Assembly (NCBI GenBank): GCA_951406725.2
Contig: OX597836.1
Location: forward strand, 31,496,001 to 31,560,000
Reading direction: 5' to 3'
Origin: Octopus vulgaris
Taxonomy: Eukaryota
Length of the DNA: 64,000 nt
The position numbers and the translations under genes were made by a program. This document shows, one piece after another, positions 13,726-27,817 of this stretch; positions within the stretch are counted from its first letter, which is position 1; the number at the start of each line of letters is the position of its first letter. The notes beneath the pieces were generated by a model. That model had not been told where the DNA came from and did not search any database. It worked only from the letters and a program-made list of their open reading frames with translations.

Positions 13726-14252
13726 TGAGAAACACATACAAGATATAACAAATTTATAGTACATATGATAGCATTATGGAAGGTGATAACCATAGAGGAG
13801 CTTTGAAATGCATGTTATTATCCAGATGATATTAAATAGATATATATATATCAGTGAATACATAAATTCATATATATATATATCTATATATTTATATATA
13901 CACATATATGGACATCTATTTCCATCTTCATTTGGTTATGACTAAACAACTGTGGGTCTATTTTTATATAATGTACATTATATAATCAGTATGGCAATAT
14001 CATTGTTCTTATCCATGTCTTCATGCATGACAATTGATTTGTCAACCATATGTTATTGCAATGATTGCCAGATTGAAAACCAAACGATAAATATAACACT
14101 GGCAGCTCCATTCTTCACCTGATATATATATATCATTCATTTTTATACTTTTTGAGATCTAGTTATATGTTTTATAAAAATATATTTTATTTGTTATTTA
14201 TGTTTTGGTTTATGTCTATCACTGTTTGAGTTGCATAATAGTGGTTTTATCT

Positions 14253-14291
<39 letters not shown>

Positions 14292-14294
<3 letters not shown>

Positions 14295-14470
14295 GTGAAG
14301 AATGGCGCTGTCAGTATTATAGTTATTCTTTGGTTTTCAATCAGTCACCATATTCCCTTCCATATCAGCTAACTCTGATGAGTGTAAAGTTATATAATCA
14401 GATTGTTACCTAACACTCCATTGTATTCTTTACATGAAAACATTTGGTAAGATCAGCCGTGATGGATATT
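14292..14470 (+). mobile_element. Hammerhead-like element next to (TA)n with an extended stem II; inverted relative at 53566-53700
   Basis: CTGATGA gtgtaaag...ctttacat GAAA here; CTGAAGA gcac...gtgc GAAA on the - strand at ~53617-53685; shared internal taacactcc. Confidence 0.45.
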
Positions 14471-14709
14471 TAATACTATACTTTTTGGGATAAATATATA
14501 TCCGTGTGTTTTCTGCATGGTCTAGAATATATAATTGAATGCAAATAACAAATTAGATTTGATTATAAATCTTTCATTTTTTAAACTCAAGATGGCTGCA
14601 AAGAAGCCGTATACATGCTATATATACCCTGCTTCAATTATATTGCTTTGATTTTTATAAATTGCATGCTCTGGCTTATGTATCAGGAATCACCACTATT
14701 CATGTGTGC

Positions 14710-14753
<44 letters not shown>

Positions 14754-14887
14754 CGTGCGTGTGTATGTGTGTGTGTATATGTGTATGTGTATATATATAT
14801 GTATGTGTATATATATGCATGTGTTTATGTATGTGTGTGTGTGTATGTATGTATATATATATATGTATGTATATATGTATATATATG

Positions 14888-14937
<50 letters not shown>

Positions 14938-15104
14938 GTGATGGCTTGTTGCCAACTTAATGTGGTAGTCCCAGGAAAGGGAGGAATGTTACTGCTATTT
15001 TGCCCCAAGAAACACCATTTCTAGTTGGCTATGCGAAACAAGCGTTTTGTGTCCTTAAGTTTTCAAACAGGGGAGATAAGTACCTCCACCCGACAAACCC
15101 AGCA

Positions 15105-15147
15105 TCCAGAGACTAGTTTCAGGGTAATTGCCCTTCATCAATCTGGA
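15105..15147 (-). ncRNA. Minimal type-I hammerhead ribozyme motif inside a ~250-bp insert (14938-15185) in (TA)n
   Basis: tccaga TTGATGA aggg-caatta-ccct GAAA ctag TC tctgga: stem I 6 bp, stem II 4 bp, palindromic stem III loop, UC cleavage site. Confidence 0.78.
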
Positions 15148-15422
15148 GTAGCTTTGCCTTGCTAGATGTCGCTGCTAAATCTCTCTATATATAGAGAGAT
15201 AGAGAGATTTAAAAATGAAATACAAGCAGCTCTAGTATAATAAGTGTCATTAACCACATGTACATAACATATATGCTTCTTGTATTTGCTAGGGGTGCTA
15301 TTTGCTATTGGTAGGCTGAAGTATATACTCACTTGGTGTTTTCAGAGAACATATACTCTACCACACCAACAGAAGCCCACTGGCAAATGCACAAGACAAA
15401 TACATTAAGTATTTGTGGTTAA

Positions 15423-15921
<499 letters not shown>

Positions 15922-16034
15922 TAAACTTAGATAAAACTTAGATATGTTTTGACCAAAGATTGGTCCATGTCATATCTATCTTAATAGCACCACCTGATAG
16001 GATTATCTAAATCTTGTTTAAGTCAAGTTTTGTT

Positions 16035-16460
16035 TACGGTTCATTCAATTAGTGAGTTCTTGTTGAGTGAGTTGTATCCAGGTATGGGTGACTTATCCGG
16101 TATTCCTTGAAGAAATCTGTCCATACTCCATTTAAAGGTGATGGGATCCTTTTCCTCTTTGATCTCTTTTGGGACAATGTTAGACAGGGCAGGGCCTGTT
16201 GAGGAAAATAAATTTTGTCGCAGTGTACCTATATGCTGTGATTCTGAATTGGGCAGGGGACATGTGGCCTGTGGTCCCAGTTTTGGATGAACCTTGAAAC
16301 TAATGTTCAGGTCGTTTGCACAATGCTGGCAATATATTCTCCACATCATACCAATGATGTACCGCTTGTGGCGGCGCTGGAGAGACGAGAGTTTCAAGGC
16401 TTTAAGGCAGTCCCAATAATCGAGATCAGTCATGCCTTCAATTCGTTTAGTGAGTGCCCT
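16035..16460 (-). mobile_element. CR1/L2-group LINE, 3' end of ORF2
   Basis: LDYWDCLKALKLSSLQRRHKRY...FSSTGPAL.NIVPKEIK...FKWSMDRFLQGIPD, a typical post-RT tail. Confidence 0.75.
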
Positions 16461-17539
16461 CTATTATTCTTTTTCTTACATGAAAAACCCCAAAACAAAT
16501 GGATAGTGCAAAACATCAATATCCTTGTTTCAATAGCATGGTTTATTTCAGATATGAGTCCATTACTTAATTTATTACATAACATTACATAAATTCATAA
16601 CTGTTATCTACCAGCCATTTCATCAGGTGATATTCTATCGAATATACTCTATATATATATATATGTGCAGTGCTTAGTAGTGCTATTATGCTGAGGATTC
16701 TATACATAATGTGCTATGCCTGGTAGTGCTATTTCCCATATGCTGTAAAAGTGTAAGTCTTGGAGTTTCGATTATGTAGTCTGTTGAAACGTTTTTTATC
16801 TTTCTTAAAGAACTATTATTAGTATATGGATTGATTCTGTTTTTGTTGTTGTTGTTGTTATTATTAAGGCAGTGAGCTGGCAGAAACGTTAGCACGCCGG
16901 GCGAAATGCTTAGCGGTATTTCGTCTGTTATTACGTTCTGAGTTCAAGTTCCACTGAGGTTAACTTTGCCTTTCATCCTTTTGGGATCGATAAATTAAGT
17001 ACCAGTTACGCACCGGAGTCGATGTAATCGACTTAATCCCTTTGTCTGTCCTTGTTTGTCCCCTCTATGTTTAGCCCCTTGTGGGTAGTAAATAAATAAG
17101 AATTGTTAGCAAACTGGACAAAATGCTTAGCGGTATTTTGCCCGTCGCTACGTTCTGAGTTCAAATTTCACTGAGGTTGACTTTGCTTTTCATCCTTTTG
17201 GGGTTGATAAAATAAGTACCAGTTAAACACTGGGGGTTAATGTAATTGACTCATCCCCACCTCCCCCAAGCTGCCTTTGTGGCAAAAATTTGAAAAAATA
17301 ATAATTATTATTATTAAGGTGGTGAGCTGGCTGAATCATTAGCATGCCAGGCAAAATGCTTAGCGGTATTTTGTCTGTCACTACGTTCTGAGTTCAAATT
17401 CCACCAAGGTCAACTTTGCATTTCATCCTTTTGGAGTCAATAAATTAAGTACCAGCTGAGTACTGGGGTCAATGTAATTGACTAGTCTCCTCTCTCGAAA
17501 TTTCAGGCCTTGTGTCTTTAATAGAAAGGATTGTTATTA

Positions 17540-17581
<42 letters not shown>

Positions 17582-17614
17582 GATAAACTGTTACCTATTT
17601 TCAATATTTTGTAG

Positions 17615-17776
17615 GATTTAACTGACCTACCATTTGACGAAGAATCCGTTCCATCATCACCAACATCACTACCATCAACATCAGAAGCATTTTGTGAAGA
17701 CTTATTGGAGAGAATTTCATCTATAGAATCTGGATCAGGAAGTCCATTAGAATCATTGAAACAACGAGACAGCTGA
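17615..17776 (+). CDS. LMTK1: Distal last coding exon of the kinase (DLTDLPFDEESVPSSPTSLPSTSEAFCEDLLERISSIESGSGSPLESLKQRDS*); exon runs to 17785
   Basis: ttttgtag|GAT in phase 0; 53 open codons with the same S/E/P composition as the tail; donor ttag|gtgagg 9 nt after the stop. Confidence 0.8.
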   Translation, partial: DLTDLPFDEESVPSSPTSLPSTSEAFCEDLLERISSIESGSGSPLESLKQRDS

Positions 17777-18544
17777 CATTTTTAGGTGAGGAAGGATCCC
17801 TTTGCAAACTGTGGAAGAAGGATTGCTTAAATCATCATCATCTTCATTATCATCATCATCATTTTTCCATTATTTGAAATATATAATTATAGGTGAAGGC
17901 ACATGGATGGGTGAGTGGTTAGGGTGTTGCGCTCATGATCACAAGATCGCAGTTTCAATTCTCCGACTTGTTGTACATTGTGTTCTTGAGCAAAGCACTT
18001 CATTTCACGTTGCTCCAGTCTACTTGACTGTGAATGAATAACCCTGCAATGGACTGGTGTGCCATCCAGGAGGAATGTTGGCCTGCCTGTCTAGTTAGTG
18101 GGATGGCATCTAAAACAATAGTAAAGCAATGAAAGGAAGTGCATTGTGAGAAGCGGTGTATAACAACATCCAGTCATCTGGTTGATACAGTGATACAATT
18201 ATAGAATCCCATATGAATATCTTATCATATGGATTATGTTATATCCATGATATATAGTTGTTTAACTTCACACACACACACACACGTGCGTGCGTGTACA
18301 TGCATGCACACACAGTTGAGTGAATAATCTAGTAAGATCCCAGTAGTGATTGAAACCAAAAGGAGCTAAGAAAAAATAACTCAAAAAGCCAACAACAACA
18401 ACAACAACATCGAAAAATACCTTAGGAATGAGAACCCAGGTTTGAAATTTCCCCAAGACACCTGAAGATGGCTGGAAGGTATATCAGCCGAAACGTGTTA
18501 ACAACAAACAAAATGAGAACAAATATCTGTCGATTGTAACTAAT

Positions 18545-18945
18545 AGGCGCAGGAGTGGCTGTGTGGTAAGTAGCTTGTTTACCAACCACATGGTCCCGGG
18601 TTCAGTCCCACTGCGTGGCACCTTGGGCAAGTGTCTTCTACTATAGCCTCGGGCCGACCAAAGCCTTGTGAGTGGATTTGGTAGACGGAAACTGAAAGAA
18701 GCCCGTCGTATATATGTATATATATGCGTGTGTGTGTGTGTGTCTGTGTTTGTCCCCCTAGCATTGCATGACAACCGATGCTGGTGTGTTTATGTCCCCG
18801 TTACCTAGTGGTTCGGCAAAAGAGACCGATAGAATAAGTACTGGGCTTACAAAAAGAATAAGTCCCGGGGTTGAGTTGCTCGATTAAAGGCGGTGCTCCA
18901 GCATGGCCGCAGTCAAATGACTGAAACAAGTAAGAGAGTAAAGAG
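18545..18945 (+). mobile_element. tRNA-derived SINE family A with an internal (TA/TG)n tract; other copies 1191-1737, 4981-5424(-), 37839-38225(-), 43520-43916(-), 49109-49482, 52811-53210, 54577-55320, plus many fragments
   Basis: A-box tggctgtgtggt, B-box ggttcagtcc, conserved body, (gtaaaaga)n tail. Confidence 0.9.
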
Positions 18946-19014
18946 TAACGAGAATGTAAATAATGTGAATTTCTCATGTTTCACCATGTTTTACTAATCC
19001 TGTTATATTTTCAG

Positions 19015-20120
19015 ATATATTCTGAAGTATCAATGGAATGTGATCCTCTGTTTTTACTATTGTCCACAAGCTGAAGGTGTGTTAATATTCTTGGAAACAG
19101 CAACAACAGCATCTTAACATCCAGCATCCAGCATCCGGCATACAATCACCAGTCATCTTCATCAAATTGTATTTAGTTCCATCCATTTAAAATGAAATAA
19201 TAAATTATTTCATTCAGATTCATCTCGTCCTGCAAAACAAAAAGAAAAAGAAAAAAGAAAGAAACCCCCAAAAACAGACATTTGTTTTGAATATCTTTTG
19301 TTAAACTAACCATGTCCGAATTAGGGGTATTACAAATCAGGTTGCCCCCCACCCAACGTCTAACAAACATATTCTGCCAAAATTTGGTAGCTAATAATCA
19401 AGATCTCTCCACTTTAGTTGTATCTGATTTATATTAATTTTTTATATTTCATCATCTCTCTCCCCACCTTCCCTTCCTTGTTCCCTCTCTTTCTTCCTCC
19501 AAAGTTGTATATTATTTTTTTTTGTTTTGTTTTCCTTATTCTTTCCCCTTTTTACTTCTTCTTCTGCCAAAGTTGTACATTATTTTCATTTAAAAAAATT
19601 TTTTCTTTCCCCCTTCTTAGTCTCTTCATCTCCTCCTTCTTTATTCTTCCCTCTTTCTCTCTCCTTCTTTTCTTTCTATCTCTCATCCCCTTCTTTCTGC
19701 TCCCTTCCGTTTCCTCCTCTTCCTTATGCTTTCATTGCCTCTCCTCTTCCTTCTCCTCCAAAGTTGTACATTAATTTTGGCCCTCTTTTCTTTCTCTTCT
19801 CCTTCCTTTTCTCCAGAGTTCTGTCTTTTAACCCTACCTTTCTTCTCCTCTTATTCCTCTTCTCCCTCCCCTCTTTATTATCCCCTCTTATTCCTCCCCT
19901 CCCTCTCCTCTTTATTATCCCCTCTTACCCCCCCCCCCCCCCCAAGAGTTGTACATGATTTTTGTGTTATTTAAACAATAAAAAGAACTGTTTTACTTGG
20001 ACAGCATATTGTTGCAAATGAAAATTAATTGAAATATTAATTAACTTATTAAAATATATCTTTATTGATTTTTTTTAATGAATTTGAAGAATGGAAAATT
20101 TAAATAAAATACACAATATT
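19015..20120 (+). other. Probable non-coding terminal exon (3' UTR) of the distal kinase isoform
   Basis: Branch-point-like tactaat followed by tattttcag|; repeat-poor sequence; AATAAA at ~19977 and ~20103; end approximate. Confidence 0.55.
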
Positions 20121-20289
20121 GATATTTATAGTTCTTGAAGACATCTGTTGCCTGATAAGATTTTTATCTAGAATCCTCACTCAAAGGCTTACAGTTGTTT
20201 TCTTATGTTCTGACAGGAACAAATTTTGATTTTCAGATGAACTTTTAGAAATTATAAGTTAAATCGCATTGAAAGTTATACCAACTCCT

Positions 20290-20645
20290 GAATAGGACAT
20301 TACTGCATGGTGCTAAATGTCCTGAACACCCTGTTTAGAGTAAAGACCAGGTACTGCAATAACTTGGGTTTTGAGGGTGCATAGCTGTTTAATATCTTGC
20401 CAAAAAATTCAAGGGATCTGCATGGAGTTAGGGTCTACTCTAACTCCATGCAATCCCATGAGTTTCCCTTGTGTTCAAGAAGAACTTTGACCTTCTGTCC
20501 AAGATTCCTGGTGAGTCTATATCATGTCAAGAAACCCAAATGAGGGCAGCATTATCATTAAAAGCTAACCATTTAAGAATGGCCATTGAAAAGGTGATGA
20601 AAACGGCAGTGTCCCAGTATGGCCAAAGCCTTTGGGTTGGAACAT
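20290..20645 (+). mobile_element. Degraded CR1-group LINE 3' end
   Basis: VFKKNFDLLSKIPGE..QETQMRAA tail motif; small internal palindrome gcatggagttag/ctaactccatgc. Confidence 0.45.
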
Positions 20646-20854
20646 GGAAAGGAAAGGAAAGAAGTGTGCTTTAACACTGATTGCTTGTGCGGGTTGAAAA
20701 ATTGTCATGTGCTGCAGATGTAGATGAAGGGCATACTGTGGATGAAGGACACTGTTCTGGTGCAGGGTACTGGAAATAGAGGTACTATATTGTTAACAGG
20801 GAGCACTGTGCTATTGATGACAGGTCCTGTTCTACAGGTGGGGAGTGTCTAGGG

Positions 20855-21073
20855 CAGTGCTTTTCAAACTTTTTGCTGGAGCGGAACCCCAAGGAAACAT
20901 TCCACTGGCTCGAGGAACCCCTGTGCGATAATTTAATAGTCTTATGCACACATATCTGCACAGGAGACTTAAAAATTACTGCCGATTTTAGCAGTTTTGT
21001 AACTTCTTGCCGAACCCCTGCACTGTACTGGCGGAACACTAAGGTTCTGCAGAACCCTGGTTGAAAACCACTG
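20855..21073. mobile_element. hAT-type MITE; looser relatives ~25759-25848, 32090-32315, 59203-59627
   Basis: 8-bp TSD gtctaggg; TIR cagtgcttttcaa / ttgaaaaccactg. Confidence 0.85.
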
Positions 21074-22334
21074 GTCTAGGGGCTAAGTTGCTACAGGTGG
21101 AAAATGTTGTGTTGTGGATGAAGTGTTCTTAGCTGTGGGCGGTGAGAGCTGTTAGTGGAAAGCTCTGTAGGTGAGGTGAACTGTAAGTAGAAAGCACTTT
21201 GTTGTAGTATGTGGAGGTTACCATACTGTAGGTGGAAAGCACTGCATTCTTCAAGACTGTTTTTTCTGGTATTTCTATCTGCATTCACAAGAATGAGTTG
21301 AGTTGGGTCCATCCAGCTAACCTGTCTGCTACTTACTTACCTGTTTGATAATACTTACTTTTTCATCACATCTGTGTATGTGTATATATATGTGTGTGTG
21401 TATAATATATGTATGATGGAACAGTAAGTAGCAGCAGATGGGTTGGTAGGTATGCATGCATGCCTGTTGATCAGATTGCCTTTCTGCCAGAAGAAAAATG
21501 TCAAAAAATCTTAATCCGATAACACTCAACCATTGAACTAATTCTTCTGATTCAATCAAATTCACTTCTTAATGAAAACCCCAACACACACAAGATTGTT
21601 AATGCAACCCACACAACTATTTTATTCAAGTAAACCCACACACCTATATCGTTATGGTAACTCCACATAACTGTATTATTCATATAACTCCTGAAACTAT
21701 ATCATCATCATTTAATGTCAGTTGTCCATGCTGGTGTGGATTGGATGGCTTGACCAGAGCTGGGGAGCTGCACCAGACTCCAGTCTGATTTGGCATGGTT
21801 TCTATAGCTGGATGCCCTTCCTGATGCCAACCACTTTACAGAGTGTGCTGAGAGCTTTTACATGGTACTGCACAGGCACTTTTATGTTCTTCCACATGGG
21901 TGCTTTTACACGATACCACACAGGTGCTTTCACGTGCCATCACACAGGCACTTTTATGTGGCACTGCATGGGCGCTTTTATGTCATGAGTGCTTTTCACC
22001 ACCAGAGGCATTTCTCTTAACACTTCTACTGCAGAGATAATCCATTCATCGTCGTCATTGTTGTTGTTTAAATCCGCTTTCCATGCTGGCATAAGTTGGA
22101 TGGTTTGACTGAGGATTTGTGAGCCAGAAGGCTGCACCAGGCTCCAATCTGATCTGGCAAAGTTTCTGCAGCTGGATGCCATTTCTAATGCCAACCACTC
22201 CAAAAGTGTAGTGAGTGCTTTTACATGCCACCGGCACAAGCGCCAGTCAGGCAATACTGGCAACGACCATGCTCAAAAGGTGTTTTTTACATGCCACCTG
22301 CTCATCTATAATGTTCAGGTAATCCCATAATCTA

Positions 22335-22898
22335 TTGGGTTGTCCGGAAAGTTCATGCCGATTTATAGTAGCTTACATTTTGACTTACTTTAGAACATGG
22401 TTGAGTTCATAAAATAGGATTTGACTACACCTCTATTTAGAGCACAGTTTAAGCTATCTTTTTGTGGAATAAGATTTATGTTCCCATAACCTGTGTTAAT
22501 TATGTAATCCTTTAAAATGGAAGATAAGAAAGTTCATATTCGGCACTTGATGCTTTGGGAACCAGACAAAAATTGCTGCAGCTCGGCTGGGATGTGTTAC
22601 CCCACCCTCCATATTCACCAGATATTGCTCCTTCAGATTTCCAGTTATTCAGGTCTCTGCAGAATATTCTTAATGGTAAAAATTTCAATTCCTTGGATGA
22701 CGAAAAAGATATCTTGATGAATTCTTTGCCATGAAACCACCTCACTTCTGAGAAGAGGGTATTTTTAAGTTAAGGAAAGATGGAGAAACTTTGTGCAACA
22801 AAATGGTTCATATTTGGTTGATTAAAAATGTAATGGCAAGTATTTATTGACCTTTTTCTTTCCTTTAAAAATTGGCGCGAACTTTCCGGACAACCCAA
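22335..22898 (+). mobile_element. Internally deleted mariner transposon
   Basis: TA TSD; TIR ttgggttgtccggaaagttc / gaactttccggacaacccaa; MEDKKVHIRHLMLWE joined to LPHPPYSPDIAPSDFQLFRSLQN. Confidence 0.9.
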
Positions 22899-24818
22899 TA
22901 TATTATTCAGATCACTCATTTACATTCTTCACTTAACCCAAAAACTAATCTCAGAAGATGAGTGGGTTAGAGGTTTAAGATGAATGTATTCAGCATTTGA
23001 GTGTCATATGATATCACTTGACTGGTATCTATTTACATTCTGTCACATGTACCACTGGTAGTTCATCATAAACTTCACACAATTGCCATATGCTTCACAA
23101 GTGGTACAGTTTCATAATTTGAGAAAATATTTTACGGAGATGTACTTGCATAGCAAGTGATTTGATCTGAGATCGTGTGCTGAAACGAAAACAATTGCAG
23201 TGTGGAAGGTGTTTGTAAGCCATTTAAGAAACACACAAAAGCCGTTTGATTCACTTCAACATTTAAGTTTAATTTGTCAAAATATTTTCGTCGCTTTAAG
23301 ACCGCGACCTGTTCACTGACAAAAATCCGTGAAGGATATTTATCCCTTTCGTTACCAACCTGGCTCTGTACTACAAATGTCTTGTTTTCTTAAGTTTTGA
23401 ATTAAAATCTTCATTCAAACCTTAGTCACAGTTTACGCTCCCTAACACTAGCTGAATGATAACTAAGTTATTTTACTAAATTGTTTGTTATATTTAAAGT
23501 AATTGAGCATCTCAAAATAAATACAGTAACGAAAAGGTTAAATGACATGATTGCTAAATGTTAAAGTTTAATTATGAAATATTGTAAAAATGCAAAAGAA
23601 AAATCACATTTCCTTGTAATTAAACAGTATGCAGGGTGATTGAAAATATGTGGCATCACTTGTAAGTTCCAGTAACAGGCCACGGTGAAGTTATGACCCT
23701 CTTCGGTCATGCATGATCATGGGATTGCACCTAAAAAGTTCCCTCCAAGGCAGAGTTGTTTATGAAAGAAGATCAGCAGTCTCTCATGCATACCAGCCTG
23801 CCCATTCCACATCACTGATGTTATCCAAGAGAAAGGCAAAGGCCAATACAATTTGGCACCAGTGATGTTATAACTCATTTCTACAGCTGAGTGAAGTGGA
23901 GCAATATGAAATAAAGTGTCTTGCTCAAGAACACAGCACAGCCCAGTCCAAGAATCAAACTCACTACCTCATGATTGTGAGTCTGACGCTCTAACCACTG
24001 AGCCATGCACCTTCACAGGTCATGGTAGATTAAGATATTAAACAACAGCAACAAAAACAAATACATCATCCAGGTGCTCAAGAATGAAGGGAACAACATC
24101 CTATGGTTTGATAGTGAACTCTTCAAGAAGTATTCACTTTGCAAAAGCCTTCCAAGCTTGCTCAGAACTGTATACAAGTATACCTCAGCAAAAATTGAAA
24201 CACTTGTCATTGTCACCATCAGAATATCAGTTCTTGTGTGTGTGTGAGTGTGTGTTACAGTCTCCTTGACATCATGTGATAGCTGTAACATGTAATATTA
24301 CCTTGCTTGGAAACCAGTGAGGGTTGGTAACAGGAAGAGCATTCAGATGTAGAAAATCTGCTGCAACAACTGCTAACCTATGTAAGCATAGCAAAGTGGA
24401 CATCAAATGATGATGTTGGTATTGAGCTGGCAGAAACGTTAGCACGCCCGGCGAAATGCTTAGCGGTATTTTGTCTGCTGTTATGTTCTGAGTTCAAATT
24501 CCGCCGAGGTCGACTTTGCCTTTCATCATTTCGGAGTCGATAAATTAAATACCAGTTACACACTGGGGTCGATGTAATCGACTTAATCCGTTTCTCTGTT
24601 CTTGTTTGTCTTCTCTAGGTTTAGCCCTTTGTGGGTAATAAAGAAATAGGTATTAACATTAGTTGGTTCGTTAGAAAATGCCTAAGTAACAGTTTTTAAA
24701 AATCTACAGTTTCCAAGCCAAACAAGGCAATTAGTAAGCTTGTACTTTACATGTGCAATCTATAAGGCCCTAAGCACTTAAATCATGTTGGTGCTCCCAT
24801 ATATATGTAATTCATATA

Positions 24819-25047
24819 GGCGGCGAGCTGGCAGAAACGTTAGCATGCCGGGCGAAATGCGTAGCCGTATTTCGTCTGCCGTTACGTTCTGAGTTCAAAT
24901 TCCGCCGAGGTCGACTTTGCCTTTCATCCTTTTGGGGTCGATTAAACAAGTACCAGTTATGCATTGGGGTATATGTAATCGACTTAATCCATTTGTTTGT
25001 CCTTGTTTGTCCCCTCTGTGTTTAGCCCCTTGTGGGTAGTAAAGAAA
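24819..25047 (+). mobile_element. tRNA-derived SINE family B; other copies 16868-17530 (three tandem), 24424-24650, 36460-36662(-), 46968-47197, 56690-57280 (cluster), 58976-59175, 60516-60945
   Basis: ggcggcgagctggcagaaacgttagc...gagttcaaattcc...aagtaccag...ctggggtcgatgtaatcgact. Confidence 0.9.
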
Positions 25048-27782
25048 TATATATATATGTAATTCAAAATATAAACCATAAAACAAAACTTTTATTTTTC
25101 AAAATAAAACAAAACTAACAGTAAGATGGAAAATAATGCTTATTTTTGTATATTTACTTATATTTGGAAAGATTTCTTCTACATTTTTTTAATTGCAATC
25201 TTTGATCAGATCCTCCTATGACACTATGAACACTTGGAAATTATTTTTCTGATCATATAAACCACTTCAAATATTATTCTAGCAAGTTTAAAGTGATTTC
25301 TTTTGTGCTGTAACCCATGAACCACTTCTGTGGTGCCCTACTTCCATTGGTATCCCAAGCATTTGCTTATTTTGCTTAATGGTTAATCCACTGCTGACAC
25401 ACAAACATGCATTGAGAATGGGCTTAGCTTCAAACATAAGTAGTCTTGTTTCCCTTGACTGCACAAATACAAACTTCACAAAGTTTGTGAACTTTACTGA
25501 AAGAGCTTTGTTGATACAAACCACCACTAATTAACTCCTTTGTGTCTCGTTTTCTTTTTACTGTCCATACACACTGATGTGTTCTAACCCAGCGACAACA
25601 CTTGTTTCTTTCCAGTCTTGACTGATCTTTCAGTAGATTTGAAACCAGATCAGCAAATTACCAAATAAAAGCCACAGCTTAGTAACAGCCATTTCATGTG
25701 ATTGGCTGACTAACTGACCAATCAGCATTGAGACATCACATGAGGCAACTTTCTAGAACAGCGTTTTTCAAACTTTTTTGTACCAACCCATTTTATTTTA
25801 TCTTGCAACGTACTGAAGGGTTAGGACCCGCAGTTTGAAAAACACTGAATATTCTGCACTTTGCACCCACTTGTGTCTTTTTCTTCCCTTCTTTTTTGTT
25901 GTGACCTATTTTATTTATCTTGCGACCTAGTTTAAAATTGCTGTTCTAGAATGTCTCCTAACAAGGCTTATATTGGCATACTTTGGGCGCTAAATTTCAG
26001 ATTGCGGAGAATCACTGCTATGCAAACCACTCTCTTGCTTTGCAGCATTTAACATTTATTTTAATGATTCCTTATTCAACCAAGAAGACAGCAGTACAGT
26101 TTTGCAGTCATGAATCCAACTTGATATTTTCTCCTGTCTTGATGGACTTTAAACAGAGCCTACTTAACTGACTATTTTCTAATAACTACAGAATTGTCCT
26201 TCCAGTATGTAAACTTTGTTGTTCTGTTTCTAATTCAAGACCAACATAGAAATTATTTTGTGTGGTGATTAACCCTTTTGTTACCATATTTCTGTTGAGA
26301 TGCTCTGTGTTTCTTTCAATTAATTTTAACTGTAACAAAGAATTTAGTAAAATAACTTAGTTATAATTCAGCTAGTGTTAAGAACATAAACTGTGACTAA
26401 GGTTTGGTGGAAGATTTTAATTCAAAACTTATGAAAGCAAGACATTTGTACAACAGCCAGAAGCGGCTTCAACCAGGTTGGTATCGAAAGGGTTAATCAT
26501 CAGGTAATAACTCTTTCCTATTCCCTGCCATACTCCACATCCTCTCATCTTGCCATCCTTCATACCCACAAGAATTGTCATCCACTTTTTCTCCTATTCT
26601 CCCTGGGAGGGTCATTGGGGTAGAGTTTCTATGTATCTCTGCCACAAGACCCTACAGAGGTTATCATTAGTTAGCATTAAGCTAGTGTTAGGAACTTAAA
26701 TTGTAACTAAGGTTTGGTGGAAGATTTTAATTTCAAACATATGAAAACAAGACATTTGTACTACAGAGCCAGGGGTGGTTTCAGCTGGGTTGGTATCAAA
26801 AGAGTTAAATAGTTCCCTGGTAGAACGTTAATGATTGCCAAGAATGTTTTCAAAAACTTTGGCTGCTATTTTTAGCAGTCAAGTGACTGTAAAGAAATTT
26901 CATTATGAACTGATGTTTTCTTAAACCTACACAACATTGATATTACTTCATCTTTAATCCTTTTGTTACCATATTTCTCTTGAGATGCTCTGTGTTTCTT
27001 TAAATTAATTTTAAATATAACAAAGGATTTAGCAAAATAACTTAGTTATCATTAAGCTAGTGTTAGGAACATAAATTGTGACTAAGGTTTGGTGGAAGAT
27101 TTTAATTTAAAACTTATGAAAACAAGACATTTGTACTACAGAGCCAGAAGCAGTTTCAGCTGAGTTGGTATCAAAAGGGTTAAAGTCTCCATAAAATTTT
27201 TCACAGAATGACTGTAGTAAGAAGCTTGCTTCCCAACCACATGGTTCCAGGTTCAGTCCCACTGTGTGGTATCTTTGGCAAGTGTCTTCCTCTATAACCT
27301 CAAGCAACCAAACCTTCGTGAGTGGATTTGGTGGATGGAAACTGAAAGAAACCTGTCATATGTATGTATATATGTGATTGTGTATATAAGGTTAATACGA
27401 AAATCTAGCAAGAAATTTGAAATAATAAACATAAACAATAATTTTTTCTTTCCTTTAAAGAAAAGGATACTTTAATTAAACAGTAAAAATATATGATAAC
27501 AGATTGACAAAGACAAAACAAGCAAAAATATAAAAGAGAAATGTCTCCATACATCAAACTGATCTAGATTTGGTCTAAATGGCTATATACTAAATGATAT
27601 AAGCTTTATTTTACACCAGTAGAAGATATACAAAATTAACATTGAAGGTTCACAGCTGACTAGCAGAACAACTATGCACGACTCATTAAGTTGTAATATA
27701 TTTAATCTAAGATTCTTCACAAAACACCAAAATATCCTGACAAATCGCTTTTGACTTTCAAGTTTTTAGGTTTCTATTGCTA

Positions 27783-27817
<35 letters not shown>

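Noticed and set aside
19418-19974. Hydrophobic F/L/S/P-rich ORFs
   Set aside because: Translations of a low-complexity polypyrimidine tract in the predicted 3' UTR.
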